Positions 1 to 9,652 of a stretch of DNA of 64,000 nt are shown here, piece by piece; position 1 is the stretch's first letter; every line of letters starts with the position of its first letter. Under the pieces are notes generated by a model, which saw nothing but the letters and a program-made list of their open reading frames with translations, did not search any database and was not told the origin of the DNA. A program made the translations under genes and the position numbers. This DNA is from a virus. The stretch is from positions 1 to 64,000 of the IMG/VR virus record IMGVR_UViG_3300045107_000440; one strand, written 5' to 3'.

Positions 1-780
1 ACCAATGGGGCAAATGCCTTCCTGTATGTCGCCTATGCCGATGACGCGCTGGGTGCTGGCTTCACCACTACCTTCGATGGAAGTAAAACATGGATAGCGT
101 TTTTAAATACCAATACCCTCATAGCTTATCCGGCCCAAAGTGACTTTACAGGATTATGGGCAAAATACCGTGGGGATGGAGATCGCTGGACTACCACAAC
201 GAGCACCACGCTTACAATATCGATCGCGATTATCACGATGATCGTAGACAAGAATCTTGCCTGGTCCACTGGCCAGCGCGCGGTGGTGGCGGTTCCGTAT
301 GATCCTTCCCATAGGATGGAAGGTGTTTGCCAGGGATACAATCCCACAACGGGGCAGCTTACGATAAGCGTAGACACCATTTATGGCACGGGATCTTTCC
401 CTACATGGGATATAAGTTTAATGAATGGCGCTTCAGTAAGGCCCATTGAAAAAACGGTATCCACCTCGGGAGGAACAATAACCCTGGATTTCAGCGGCAA
501 TCCTGATGTAATTTTTGTAGGCTCGGCCAATATCGGAGGAAACAAAACTATTGCAATAAGCAACGATTCCATTGCGGTAGAAATGAAATTTCTATTCACG
601 ATCTCCGGTGGACTTTACGATCTGACATTTCCCTCAAAGTTTATCATGAGCGATGTACGATGGGAAGTCGGAGGAGCAAAAAAATGGAGCCCGGTGGATC
701 AGGGAAAGTACAAGGCATCAGCTACCTATCATTCGGTTAATGACCAATGGGAGATGGATATAACAGGACCTTATCAATAA
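1..780 (+). CDS. tail-fibre-like structural protein, C-terminal part (5' end outside window)
   Basis: Frame 1 is open from nt 1 (TNGANAFLYVAYADDALGAGFTTTFDGSKTW...) to the stop at 778-780, so track ORF 238..780 is only the end of a longer protein. It lies directly upstream of the giant fibre gene. Confidence 0.55.
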   Translation, partial: TNGANAFLYVAYADDALGAGFTTTFDGSKTWIAFLNTNTLIAYPAQSDFTGLWAKYRGDGDRWTTTTSTTLTISIAIITMIVDKNLAWSTGQRAVVAVPYDPSHRMEGVCQGYNPTTGQLTISVDTIYGTGSFPTWDISLMNGASVRPIEKTVSTSGGTITLDFSGNPDVIFVGSANIGGNKTIAISNDSIAVEMKFLFTISGGLYDLTFPSKFIMSDVRWEVGGAKKWSPVDQGKYKASATYHSVNDQWEMDITGPYQ

Positions 781-785
781 CGACT

Positions 786-3700
786 ATGAGAAAATTTATT
801 TTTTTAACTTTCATTTTACTCTCTTCAATTGCTGCTTTATCTCAAAGCGGAAGTGTCACGGCTACGGCCATTAAGTCACGTGTTGCTGATTCAACTACAG
901 TAACGACCCCGACAGGATATGGAACTTTGATTTATAACGCTCAGGCGTCTCCAGCCAAATGGGAAATTTGGGAAAACGGCATAAAATATGATTTGAAAAA
1001 ATTCTCTTCCGGTGGATCAGTTACAAGCATCGGACTATTGCCAGGCACCTCGGGAACGGATGTTAATATCAGCGGGTCTCCCATAACTTCTTCTGGAAAT
1101 ATCACGATTAATATTCCGACTGCCAGTGGAACAAATAGAGGTGTTTTGTCCACTACTGATTGGACTACCTTTAACGGAAAAGAAAACGTATTAAGTTTCA
1201 CTTCTCCTTTATCGCGAAGTACAAATACAATTTCAATACCTGCGGCAAATGGTTCAACAAACGGTTATTTAAGCTCCACTGACTGGACTACTTTCAATAA
1301 CAAGCAATCAGCTTTTTCAATCTTAGGATTAAATAAAGGAGGCACAGGATCAGATTTGAGTGCGACCGGAGGAACCGGGCAGTTTTTAAAACAAACTACT
1401 TCTGGTGGAAATGTAAGTGTGGGGCAAATTTCACTTAGTGACTTGCCATCTATTTCAGCAACCTCGGTTTTGGGGACTAGCTCAGGGGCAGGAACGCCCA
1501 ATAACATTGGCCCGGCTACAGCATACCAAATTCTAAGGGCAAATTCTTCTGGAACTACCTTGCAATTTGGTTCTATCGACTTGTCGCAAACTGCGGCCGT
1601 AGGTAGTTCAATTTTACCTATCGCAAACGGAGGTACAAATCAAAGCTCACTCATCACAGCCCCTACAGCTTCCGCAATAGTAGCCCAAGACGCAAATAAA
1701 AACTATTCAGCTAATAACCTAGCGGAAAACTATACTTCAACCGCGACATCAGGAGGAACCACTACGCTTACGGTTTCAAGTTCGGGACTTCAATATTTCA
1801 CGGGCTCTTCAAATCAAACGGTAGTCCTTCCGGTTGTAAGTACATTGCCACAAACAGGATTCAATTTTGTTATCGTTAATCTGTCTTCCGGTACTTTAAC
1901 GGTCAACTCAAGTGGAGGCAACCTTGTTCAAACAATGGCTTCAAATACACAGGCCACGATTACGGCTATTTTATTAACCGGAACAACTGCAGCAAGCTGG
2001 AATGTTTTATATGGCTATACAAATTTGTCTAGTACTGATTCAAGATACTTTCAAATAAGCAATAACCTTTCCGAAGGCAATGCATCAACGATGCGAACAA
2101 ATTTGGGTCTCGGAACAATAGCCACTAAATCTCAAACAAGTGGAACAAGTATTCAAAAAGGAGATGGTTCAGGTGGATTTAGTAGCGCAGTCGCAAACAC
2201 CGATTACTTAGCTGTAAATAATCCGGCTTATACTGGATCAATTACAACTGGAACTTTAGGTTATTCAGATACCGGAATTTTGGGAGCAGTTCAAAGCTCA
2301 ACAAATAGCTACAATCAATTTATCATTCAAAATACAAGCACAGGCACTACGGCAAGTTCTGATTTTGTTGTAAACAATAACAATTCTACGGCCACTACTT
2401 TCTATGGAGATTTTGGAATGAACGGAGGCGGATTTACAGGTAGCGGTTCATTAAATGCAGCTAATAATGTTTACTTAACGTCAACCTCTACTGATCTTGT
2501 TATAGGTACAACTACAAACAACTCATTAAGATTTGTAACCAACGGATCTACTACTGATAACTTAATTATTTCCGGAGCGGGACAGTTGACACTTAATTCA
2601 AATACAACAGGAAATAATCTAACAGGAACATTCACGGCATCAGCTAATAATCAAAATTTCTTATCAATTAATCCATCGGTTACTTCAAGGTCTACGTCAG
2701 GAGATTTTTTTGATGTAGAAAGTAATACTTCTTCAATCACTGCAAATTCAACAAACATAGTTGGGTCTGCTTTGAAGCTTAGCCCAACTTATAAAACAAG
2801 TTCAGGCATAATTTCCACAAATAATGGATCAGCACAATACGTGTCGAAAACTGTAGCTGGGATGACTGTGAATACTTATACTAACGTAGCACCGGCAAGT
2901 ACGAGTGGAAGCGGAACGGGAGCTTTATTTACAGTTGTAGTTGCAACGGCCACTACTTTCACAAGCGTGACAGTTACTACGGCTGGAAGCAATTACAATT
3001 ACGGAGAAACGATTACATTCAATGGCTCTCAATTTGGTTCTGGATCGGGTTCAATAGTTTTAAAAATTACTGGAACAACAAACTCATTTGCCCGAAATAA
3101 TGGAAGTCCATTAACAATTCAAAATAACATTCCTCAAGATGCTGGGAGTAACGTTACATTGGGATATATTGACTTCACCAATTCGACAGGCACAAGCGTT
3201 GGAGGAATTTATTACACAATTCCGGCAGGGCAAGGAATCGGAAATCCAACTTTGAACTTCGCTGACAGAAGTGGTTCGGCTTTCACTTTAGACGGCACTA
3301 CGTTTACACTTGCTAGGGCTTTAAGTATGGGGTCTAACACTTTTTCAAGTGGAGCAATGACAAGTAGTGGATTAATTACAGGAATTAACTTTTTAGCAAA
3401 CGGGTCTTCATTATCTTCAGCTTATAACTTTACTGGCACGTTAAGTTCTGGCTCTGCAGCTTTTATTAATAATGCATCGCCAACATCTCCGACCACATCT
3501 GCAAGTTTTACGGGCTCATTTCAATCGGGAGGATCAAGTAGAACCAGAGCTACGGCAGCAACTACTATTTATGGATTTAGAAATAATACAATCCCTTTAC
3601 CAGGTAACCCAACAGGATTTACTATTTCGGCAGGCGGCTCAGGTTATGTAAATGGAACTTATAATGGAGTTACTTTCTCAATATTAAGCAGTACATCTGG

Positions 3701-4400
3701 CGCATTATCAGCGGCAACAGGAAACGTTACTGTCAGTGGAGGTGCTGTAACAAGTGTATCGCCTAATTTTTTAGGAACAAATTTTGCTGTAAACGATCAA
3801 TTAACTGTTACCGCCGCTCAATTAGGAGGTTCAGGATCAGGATTTGTTTATCAAATTATACAAGTCGATGGGGGAGGAGCTGTAAATATTGGTTATGTAA
3901 ATAATCCTTCCATCGTAGATCCAACGAGCGCAGGCTCTTATATATCCTTTCAGGCAAGCCCTACATACAATATTACCTCCACTCAGGCAGGATTCGCAAT
4001 AGGATATGACTACAATCCAACAGTAACAGCCATCGGTTCTTATACGCATTATGGATTAAGAATCGCTCCAACTGGGACTCTAAATGGTATAGGCATATCA
4101 TCACCTTTATCTACATGGGATGTTAATGGAAGTTTCGGGCCCGCTATTTCTACTTCTACCGGAAGTTTGACTTTAGACGCGACCTATCACACAGTAGTAA
4201 TTACTTCCGGAACGGGCAGTTATACATTCCCTTCAGCCTCCGGAGCCACAAGAAGAATTTATGTAGTTGTAAATCAAACGGGAAGTGCTCGTACGGTATC
4301 ATCGTATAAAGACAAATCGGGCGCATCACAGACAACAGTTGGAGCTAATGCTGTTTTGTGGGTTCAAAGTGACGGATCAAATTGGTATCAAATAAACTAG
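786..4400 (+). CDS. large tail fibre / adhesin-like protein (1204 aa)
   Basis: Track ORF 747..4400. ATG 786 gives MRKFIFLTFILLSSIAALSQ. The protein is G/S/T/N-rich, with repeated G(V/Y)LS(T/S)TDWTTFN(G/N)K motifs. Two copies of a module of type LP..G.F.(V/I).N.S.G.LTV...W are present, one at the extreme C-terminus (...VLWVQSDGSNWYQIN). Confidence 0.7.
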   Translation: MRKFIFLTFILLSSIAALSQSGSVTATAIKSRVADSTTVTTPTGYGTLIYNAQASPAKWEIWENGIKYDLKKFSSGGSVTSIGLLPGTSGTDVNISGSPITSSGNITINIPTASGTNRGVLSTTDWTTFNGKENVLSFTSPLSRSTNTISIPAANGSTNGYLSSTDWTTFNNKQSAFSILGLNKGGTGSDLSATGGTGQFLKQTTSGGNVSVGQISLSDLPSISATSVLGTSSGAGTPNNIGPATAYQILRANSSGTTLQFGSIDLSQTAAVGSSILPIANGGTNQSSLITAPTASAIVAQDANKNYSANNLAENYTSTATSGGTTTLTVSSSGLQYFTGSSNQTVVLPVVSTLPQTGFNFVIVNLSSGTLTVNSSGGNLVQTMASNTQATITAILLTGTTAASWNVLYGYTNLSSTDSRYFQISNNLSEGNASTMRTNLGLGTIATKSQTSGTSIQKGDGSGGFSSAVANTDYLAVNNPAYTGSITTGTLGYSDTGILGAVQSSTNSYNQFIIQNTSTGTTASSDFVVNNNNSTATTFYGDFGMNGGGFTGSGSLNAANNVYLTSTSTDLVIGTTTNNSLRFVTNGSTTDNLIISGAGQLTLNSNTTGNNLTGTFTASANNQNFLSINPSVTSRSTSGDFFDVESNTSSITANSTNIVGSALKLSPTYKTSSGIISTNNGSAQYVSKTVAGMTVNTYTNVAPASTSGSGTGALFTVVVATATTFTSVTVTTAGSNYNYGETITFNGSQFGSGSGSIVLKITGTTNSFARNNGSPLTIQNNIPQDAGSNVTLGYIDFTNSTGTSVGGIYYTIPAGQGIGNPTLNFADRSGSAFTLDGTTFTLARALSMGSNTFSSGAMTSSGLITGINFLANGSSLSSAYNFTGTLSSGSAAFINNASPTSPTTSASFTGSFQSGGSSRTRATAATTIYGFRNNTIPLPGNPTGFTISAGGSGYVNGTYNGVTFSILSSTSGALSAATGNVTVSGGAVTSVSPNFLGTNFAVNDQLTVTAAQLGGSGSGFVYQIIQVDGGGAVNIGYVNNPSIVDPTSAGSYISFQASPTYNITSTQAGFAIGYDYNPTVTAIGSYTHYGLRIAPTGTLNGIGISSPLSTWDVNGSFGPAISTSTGSLTLDATYHTVVITSGTGSYTFPSASGATRRIYVVVNQTGSARTVSSYKDKSGASQTTVGANAVLWVQSDGSNWYQIN

Positions 4401-4404
4401 AAAT

Positions 4405-4962
4405 ATGAAAAAAATTATTTTTTTACTTTTTGCAGTAATTTCAATAAGCGCAACCGCTCAGGATGTTACGCCTATTCAAGTAGACTTACCGGATAATCCA
4501 CGATTGCAATGGAGCGGAGCGGCAGTTAAACAGCGTGCAATCGTTTTGGTTTGGCAACCAATGATCAATGGGAATAAAGAATTTTATATCAAGGTTAAAA
4601 TTCAAAATTGGTCGAATAGTTCTGGGGTTTATGGAAGCCTTATTACTTCATTGATTCAGGCAGATGGAACTCTTTCGGCAGATCAACAATCAAGGCTATT
4701 AATTCAATATGGAGATTGGATTTTTGAACACCAATCAACGGGAGTCTATTGTGATAATACTACCGGAGCAATTGTATCTCAATTTCAAGCTGATGGAGTA
4801 ACTCCTACAGTAAACGCTGTACCTGAATCTGCTTACTGGCAACAATTTAAATTAAATCAAGTATCCGGCATGAATTCGCTTACTACTCAAGGAGCGTTTG
4901 ATGCCGAGTATAAAATCATCAAAGCAGTTGTGGCTCAAATGTCAACACGTAAAAATTGGTGA
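4405..4962 (+). CDS. hypothetical protein with signal peptide
   Basis: N-terminus MKKIIFLLFAVISISATAQ; starts 5 nt after the fibre gene. Confidence 0.6.
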   Translation: MKKIIFLLFAVISISATAQDVTPIQVDLPDNPRLQWSGAAVKQRAIVLVWQPMINGNKEFYIKVKIQNWSNSSGVYGSLITSLIQADGTLSADQQSRLLIQYGDWIFEHQSTGVYCDNTTGAIVSQFQADGVTPTVNAVPESAYWQQFKLNQVSGMNSLTTQGAFDAEYKIIKAVVAQMSTRKNW

Positions 4963-4964
4963 TT

Positions 4965-5309
4965 ATGAGAAAAATTATTTCTATTCTTTTTGTCTTGGTA
5001 AGCTTTTCGGCATTTGCTCAGAAGCAAGTAACATATGGTGATGGCGCTATAGTATTATCCAACATTTCAAAAAAACCATCAAAAAAGTTAGAGGATTCAG
5101 TAATTTATTTGAATCCAAATACTGAGAGAGAATTACTCGAAAATGAAAAGTTAATTCAAAATCTTTCCAATCCTGAATGGATAAAAGAACGTATTGAGTT
5201 TGCCAAGCAAATGAACGAGTCGATAGTTAGAACACTTTTAAGAACACGCGGTGACAGCGTGTATTTCAAATCATATAAACCAGGTAAAATCATAATCTCA
5301 AAAAAATAA
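4965..5309 (+). CDS. hypothetical protein with signal peptide
   Basis: ATG 4965 inside track ORF 4956..5309 gives MRKIISILFVLVSFSAFAQ. Confidence 0.55.
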   Translation: MRKIISILFVLVSFSAFAQKQVTYGDGAIVLSNISKKPSKKLEDSVIYLNPNTERELLENEKLIQNLSNPEWIKERIEFAKQMNESIVRTLLRTRGDSVYFKSYKPGKIIISKK

Positions 5310-5313
5310 AAAT

Positions 5314-5694
5314 ATGGAAGTAATTCAAAAATACTTTGATCATTTAGCTCAAAATCCTGAGAGAGTAGATTCACTTTTAATATGGACACTTTGCACTGTA
5401 TTCTGTTGGTTCTGGTTGATCAGATACAGAGAGCGATTAATTACCGGACTAGAAGGAGATAATAAACTATGGGAAGGAGGAGAACAGTTCGTTTGGCTTA
5501 TGCAAATGATTACACCTCCATTGGTGTTTTATTTCCTATGCTTTGTTCCGGATCAAAGAATTTACACTTTGACATTGGTAGCTATCATTATTCTTTTCAC
5601 TGTAGGTGGACGTTGGCTGCTAATGTATGGAGCAATGATAACGGGAAAGGCAAAAATTGAAGATGTAAAGGCAGAAGAAACTAAACAACAATAA
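5314..5694 (+). CDS. membrane protein, holin candidate
   Basis: Three hydrophobic helices and a charged C-terminus; first gene of a block that contains the endolysin. Confidence 0.45.
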   Translation: MEVIQKYFDHLAQNPERVDSLLIWTLCTVFCWFWLIRYRERLITGLEGDNKLWEGGEQFVWLMQMITPPLVFYFLCFVPDQRIYTLTLVAIIILFTVGGRWLLMYGAMITGKAKIEDVKAEETKQQ

Positions 5695-6005
5695 TGCCTG
5701 TGGCACAAGAACACGGAATAACTTTTTCATCTTCTGAGATGTGGATTTTCGGAATTTTCATCTCGATTATCCTTGCCATGATTGGATTTATCTGGGTGTT
5801 TACCTTGAATCAAATCAAAACTGCGATGAGTTCACAGGGCGAAAAGATGAATAAAGTCCTTGACCTTGTTCAGTTGCATGATAAAGAAATTGCTTTGATG
5901 AAAGAAAAAGTACATCGATACGACAAGGAAGCTGAAGAAGTGAAACACAACATCAGAGAAATCGAGAGACAGATAAGTGCAAAATTAAAGGCCATGACAC
6001 CATGA
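5694..6005 (+). CDS. single-pass membrane protein with coiled coil (lysis accessory candidate)
   Basis: TM segment MWIFGIFISIILAMIGFIWVFTL followed by a charged helical tail; overlaps its neighbours. Confidence 0.45.
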   Translation: MPVAQEHGITFSSSEMWIFGIFISIILAMIGFIWVFTLNQIKTAMSSQGEKMNKVLDLVQLHDKEIALMKEKVHRYDKEAEEVKHNIREIERQISAKLKAMTP

Positions 6006-6589
6006 AGACAAAAGGCAAATTTATAGTTCTTTCATTGATTGAATTTGAATCATGGCTTAGCGGTCTTGAAGTTCACCGTGCTATTAAATTGATTCAAAAT
6101 CATCACACTTGGCAGCCTGATTATTCTTCGTTTAGAAAAATACCAGATTATTTTCATTGGCTTGAATCAATGGAAAATTTTCAAGTTGAGCAAAATGGGT
6201 TTGCCCAAATCGCTCAAAACTTTACTTCTTTTCCAGATGGATCAATCGCTGTCTGTCGACCAATGGATGTAATCCCGGCAGGCATTAAAGGAGCAAATCA
6301 ATTTGGTGTCTGTATTGAGCATTTTGGAAATTTTGATCAAGGGAGCGATGTAATGGCCGAAGAACATAAGGAAACTATTGTTCGAATGAACGCCCTGCTT
6401 TTGAAGAAATTCAATCTTTTGCCCTCTACTGATTCGGTGGTTTATCATCATTGGTTTGACATTGTTACCGGTCAAAGAACCAATGGAACGGGCACGGTAA
6501 AAACATGTCCTGGCACTAATTTTTTTGGTGGCAACAAAGTTGAGGACTGTCAACAGAAGTTCATTCCATTAATTAAAAACCTGATATGA
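6002..6589 (+). CDS. N-acetylmuramoyl-L-alanine amidase (amidase_2/PGRP-type endolysin)
   Basis: Motifs NHHTW, GVCIEHFGNFD and VYHHW...KTCPG match the Zn-ligand pattern of T7-lysozyme-type amidases. Confidence 0.8.
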   Translation: MKTKGKFIVLSLIEFESWLSGLEVHRAIKLIQNHHTWQPDYSSFRKIPDYFHWLESMENFQVEQNGFAQIAQNFTSFPDGSIAVCRPMDVIPAGIKGANQFGVCIEHFGNFDQGSDVMAEEHKETIVRMNALLLKKFNLLPSTDSVVYHHWFDIVTGQRTNGTGTVKTCPGTNFFGGNKVEDCQQKFIPLIKNLI

Positions 6590-6996
6590 TAACGGCCTTT
6601 ACATACATGCTATTGATTTCGGCAACGATTCTTCACCTGATGTCTGACATGCACAAGAAGACGAAGAATGCGATTGTGCATTGGGTGAGCGCTACCATTA
6701 CCGTAAGCGCTTCGGTTGTGCTTGGATTTGCCAACGCGGCATTTACCGACATGGCTTGGTTTCAATTTGCAATCTTCTCGCTATCCATTCACTTCTGCTT
6801 CTTTGACTTGATTTGGAATTGGGCGAACAAAAAGCGATGGAATTACCATGGTGAAGAGACAAATCCGAAACGTGCTTGGATGGATAAGTTTTGGGCGTAC
6901 ATCGGCATCAATCCACTGATCGAAATATTTTTAAGGCTGATCGTTCTTTTACTTGGAATCATGGTCTATTACTACAACTCATTAAGCGCGTCATGA
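6586..6996 (+). CDS. four-helix membrane protein, holin candidate
   Basis: Four hydrophobic segments; ATGA overlaps on both sides. Confidence 0.45.
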   Translation: MITAFTYMLLISATILHLMSDMHKKTKNAIVHWVSATITVSASVVLGFANAAFTDMAWFQFAIFSLSIHFCFFDLIWNWANKKRWNYHGEETNPKRAWMDKFWAYIGINPLIEIFLRLIVLLLGIMVYYYNSLSAS

Positions 6997-7604
6997 TGAT
7001 AAAGCCCATTCACTTATTTGCCTGCCTTGTAATAGGATTCATCTTGGGGATTCTGGCTACGGTTATTTATTCTCCACAGTCACAATCATCGCCTACCGAG
7101 GCAATTAAAAATCTTTTGCGCGAAAAAGACAAGGCATACAACTATGCGAAATATCAGGAGCAACGATTCAAAGACACCATTAAGCAAAAAGATGCGCAGA
7201 TAATTGAAATCCATCTGGTGAGAATAAATGCCCAGAATGAAGTAGAAAAATTGAAGAAAGAAAACAGCAGGTTAAAAAGCCAGAAGCCCATGACATTGCG
7301 TGATTCAGCAGCGTGGCTTACAAAAGTGAATTCAAATTGTGAATCAACGGTAGAGGCTCAAGATAAAACCATTAAGGCCTTTGATTCGGAGTTAAATGAA
7401 ACGAATGAAAAAGTGTGGGCATTGGACTCCATTGTTAAAGCCAAAGATGTACAGGTGAAGGTAGCTCTTCAAAAGGATAGTATTCATGTCGATTTACTTA
7501 ATAAGGCAATTGACGATGGCAAGAAAAAGTTTGTAAAAGGCATGGCATGGGGAGCAGGTATTTTAATTGTGTTAGAGGTAGTCATTTCAATTCTGGTGAA
7601 ATAA
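6993..7604 (+). CDS. membrane-anchored coiled-coil protein (spanin-like candidate)
   Basis: ATG 6993 overlaps the upstream stop (ATGA). N-terminal TM IHLFACLVIGFILGILATVIY, a long coiled coil, and a C-terminal TM. Confidence 0.45.
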   Translation: MMIKPIHLFACLVIGFILGILATVIYSPQSQSSPTEAIKNLLREKDKAYNYAKYQEQRFKDTIKQKDAQIIEIHLVRINAQNEVEKLKKENSRLKSQKPMTLRDSAAWLTKVNSNCESTVEAQDKTIKAFDSELNETNEKVWALDSIVKAKDVQVKVALQKDSIHVDLLNKAIDDGKKKFVKGMAWGAGILIVLEVVISILVK

Positions 7605-7605
7605 C

Positions 7606-8235
7606 ATGGCAAAGTTTATAAAAACCATAGTAGACCGTATCAACCTTGCTACCAAGAAAGGGCTTGTAAGCTACTGGACTCCCGAGCAGATAGCTACGGA
7701 AGTTCATACTGAGAGCATGAACATCTGGGATAAGTATTTGAGTGATTTTGAGAACAACAATAAGCTCGATGAATACATGCGTCCGTTCCAGCAAAAGGAA
7801 TCGGTGGTTCTTACCTCTGGAATTGGCACTATTGTAACTAAAGACTACATCTATTACGTGGAAGACGCTGACACCGGGAATGAAATTAAAAACATTGATG
7901 ACCAGCGTTGGGGGTATAGAAAGAATCATTCGGTGAAAGTTCCTACCGTAACATATCCGATCTGCAACATCAGCAATCAAGGCATACAGGTTCTTCCCAG
8001 CTCTATTGTAAACATAAAAATCTGGTACATCAAGAAGCCGACAAAGCCGGTATATGCCTACACCGTCAGCTCTGGAAGGTATGTATACGATGACAGCAGC
8101 AGCATTGACTTTGAATGGAATGAAACGCTGCATGATAGAATTATGAATCGCGTGCTGGGTAATCTTGGAATATCCATCAGAGATTTTGATATGGTTAATA
8201 AATCGGACAGAGATAAAATGACTGAAGGAACATGA
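7606..8235 (+). CDS. virion-module hypothetical protein
   Basis: Track ORF; first gene of a gap-free same-strand operon running 7606-21524. Confidence 0.6.
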   Translation: MAKFIKTIVDRINLATKKGLVSYWTPEQIATEVHTESMNIWDKYLSDFENNNKLDEYMRPFQQKESVVLTSGIGTIVTKDYIYYVEDADTGNEIKNIDDQRWGYRKNHSVKVPTVTYPICNISNQGIQVLPSSIVNIKIWYIKKPTKPVYAYTVSSGRYVYDDSSSIDFEWNETLHDRIMNRVLGNLGISIRDFDMVNKSDRDKMTEGT

Positions 8236-8852
8236 TAACGCTCAGGCAAATTTCGGAAATGTACATTGACCAAAAACTTGGTGGTGACCGAGCTACGTCC
8301 GATGAACTTTCACATCAGGATATTATCCTTCGCGCAAGAATAGCCGCCAACAAGGTGCTGAAAGCAAACTACCTTGACAAACTTGGTGATGGCGACCGAT
8401 CTAATATTCAAATGTGCATTGCCAGCTATGAACTCAGTCTTCAGAATGATGCCGACTGCGCGTTTGTTACTCTTCCTGACTTTTTCATCAGCCTCGCCCA
8501 CAATAGAGGTATTGACAGGATCTTCCAAAGAAAGACCAAGAATAAAGGCAATCCCTCAGAAGTAGAATTTGCCTTAGTGCATCAGCCTGCGGTAAACCTT
8601 AAAACAAGAGTTGCCAGCTACCCGGGGATAAACATCTGCTGGCAGGAGGGCTTCAAATTGAAGTTTTACAACATGTACGTGGAACCCAACCAGCAGGCAA
8701 AGATGATTGTAAACCTGGTGGTGGCCGCCCCGGACTCCATCGGAGAAAACGATCCGCTTCCTATTACATCAGATATGGTGGATTTGATTTTAAAGGAATT
8801 GACGGTAGTTCCTTTACAAAATCCTCCGGTACCAAACACATTTGACAGATGA
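8232..8852 (+). CDS. virion-module hypothetical protein
   Basis: Track ORF; 4-nt overlaps with both neighbours. Confidence 0.6.
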   Translation: MITLRQISEMYIDQKLGGDRATSDELSHQDIILRARIAANKVLKANYLDKLGDGDRSNIQMCIASYELSLQNDADCAFVTLPDFFISLAHNRGIDRIFQRKTKNKGNPSEVEFALVHQPAVNLKTRVASYPGINICWQEGFKLKFYNMYVEPNQQAKMIVNLVVAAPDSIGENDPLPITSDMVDLILKELTVVPLQNPPVPNTFDR

Positions 8853-9652
8853 AAGGAAATACCAAGACATATCGAAAACTTATTGAAATCGTGAACGATG
8901 CCTTGTCCGACTATCAGCTTGGGCAGCAACATCAGTTTCAATTCCTGCGCTGGGGGATGAAGTACGCGGAAGAACTTCATTTCGATCACCTGCGCGACAT
9001 CAGGACCGTAAGGTTAAACATGCAGCCATGGAAGGCCGTGGAGTTGCCTTCGGATTGCGTGGACTGGGTGGCTGTGGGACTTCAATACGGATCAGACATC
9101 GCGGTGTTTGCCAATGAGAAAAATATTGCGCTGGAATTTGATTTAGACCCTACGACAAATCAGCAGCTTCCAAACTCCGAGCCTAGTTATTTGCTTGATG
9201 AAAGTCGTATGCCGGAGGTAAGTGATGCGGTGTTCCCGTTCCTTAATTTAAGTGCCTTGGGAGAAGACGCGGGTAATAAATTTGGATTGATGGTTAAGGA
9301 CAACGGACTGGGATACGTGACGGAAAACACCAATAAGGATGTCAACGAACTGCAATTCAAGGGATCAAATATTAAAACCGACTCACAGGTGTACCTCATG
9401 TACATTTCTAATCTGTGGGACCCCAGTGAAGAAACTTTGATCCATCCTGAGATGGCTGAATACATCGTGGCAGGAATATCCAAGGAATATGTTCAGAGAA
9501 AAGCCACTATCAGCGGCATTGAAAAGCAGATGACAAAAGACGAATTCGACCGCCAATACCTTAAAGTCCTGGATAGAACGTGGGAATTGACGGTCGCGGA
9601 TGTGATTGAATACGTGAAGCAGTCTTATAGAATGACCCCTAAGATACCATGA
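8849..9652 (+). CDS. virion-module hypothetical protein
   Basis: Track ORF; 4-nt overlaps with both neighbours. Confidence 0.6.
   Translation: MKGNTKTYRKLIEIVNDALSDYQLGQQHQFQFLRWGMKYAEELHFDHLRDIRTVRLNMQPWKAVELPSDCVDWVAVGLQYGSDIAVFANEKNIALEFDLDPTTNQQLPNSEPSYLLDESRMPEVSDAVFPFLNLSALGEDAGNKFGLMVKDNGLGYVTENTNKDVNELQFKGSNIKTDSQVYLMYISNLWDPSEETLIHPEMAEYIVAGISKEYVQRKATISGIEKQMTKDEFDRQYLKVLDRTWELTVADVIEYVKQSYRMTPKIP

Noticed and set aside
5469-5660. 63-aa alternative-frame ORF inside gene 5314..5694. Similar nested plus-strand ORFs include 18520..18786, 20623..20889 and 60467..60693.
   Set aside because: They are out-of-frame overlaps within longer, better-supported genes, with no independent start context.
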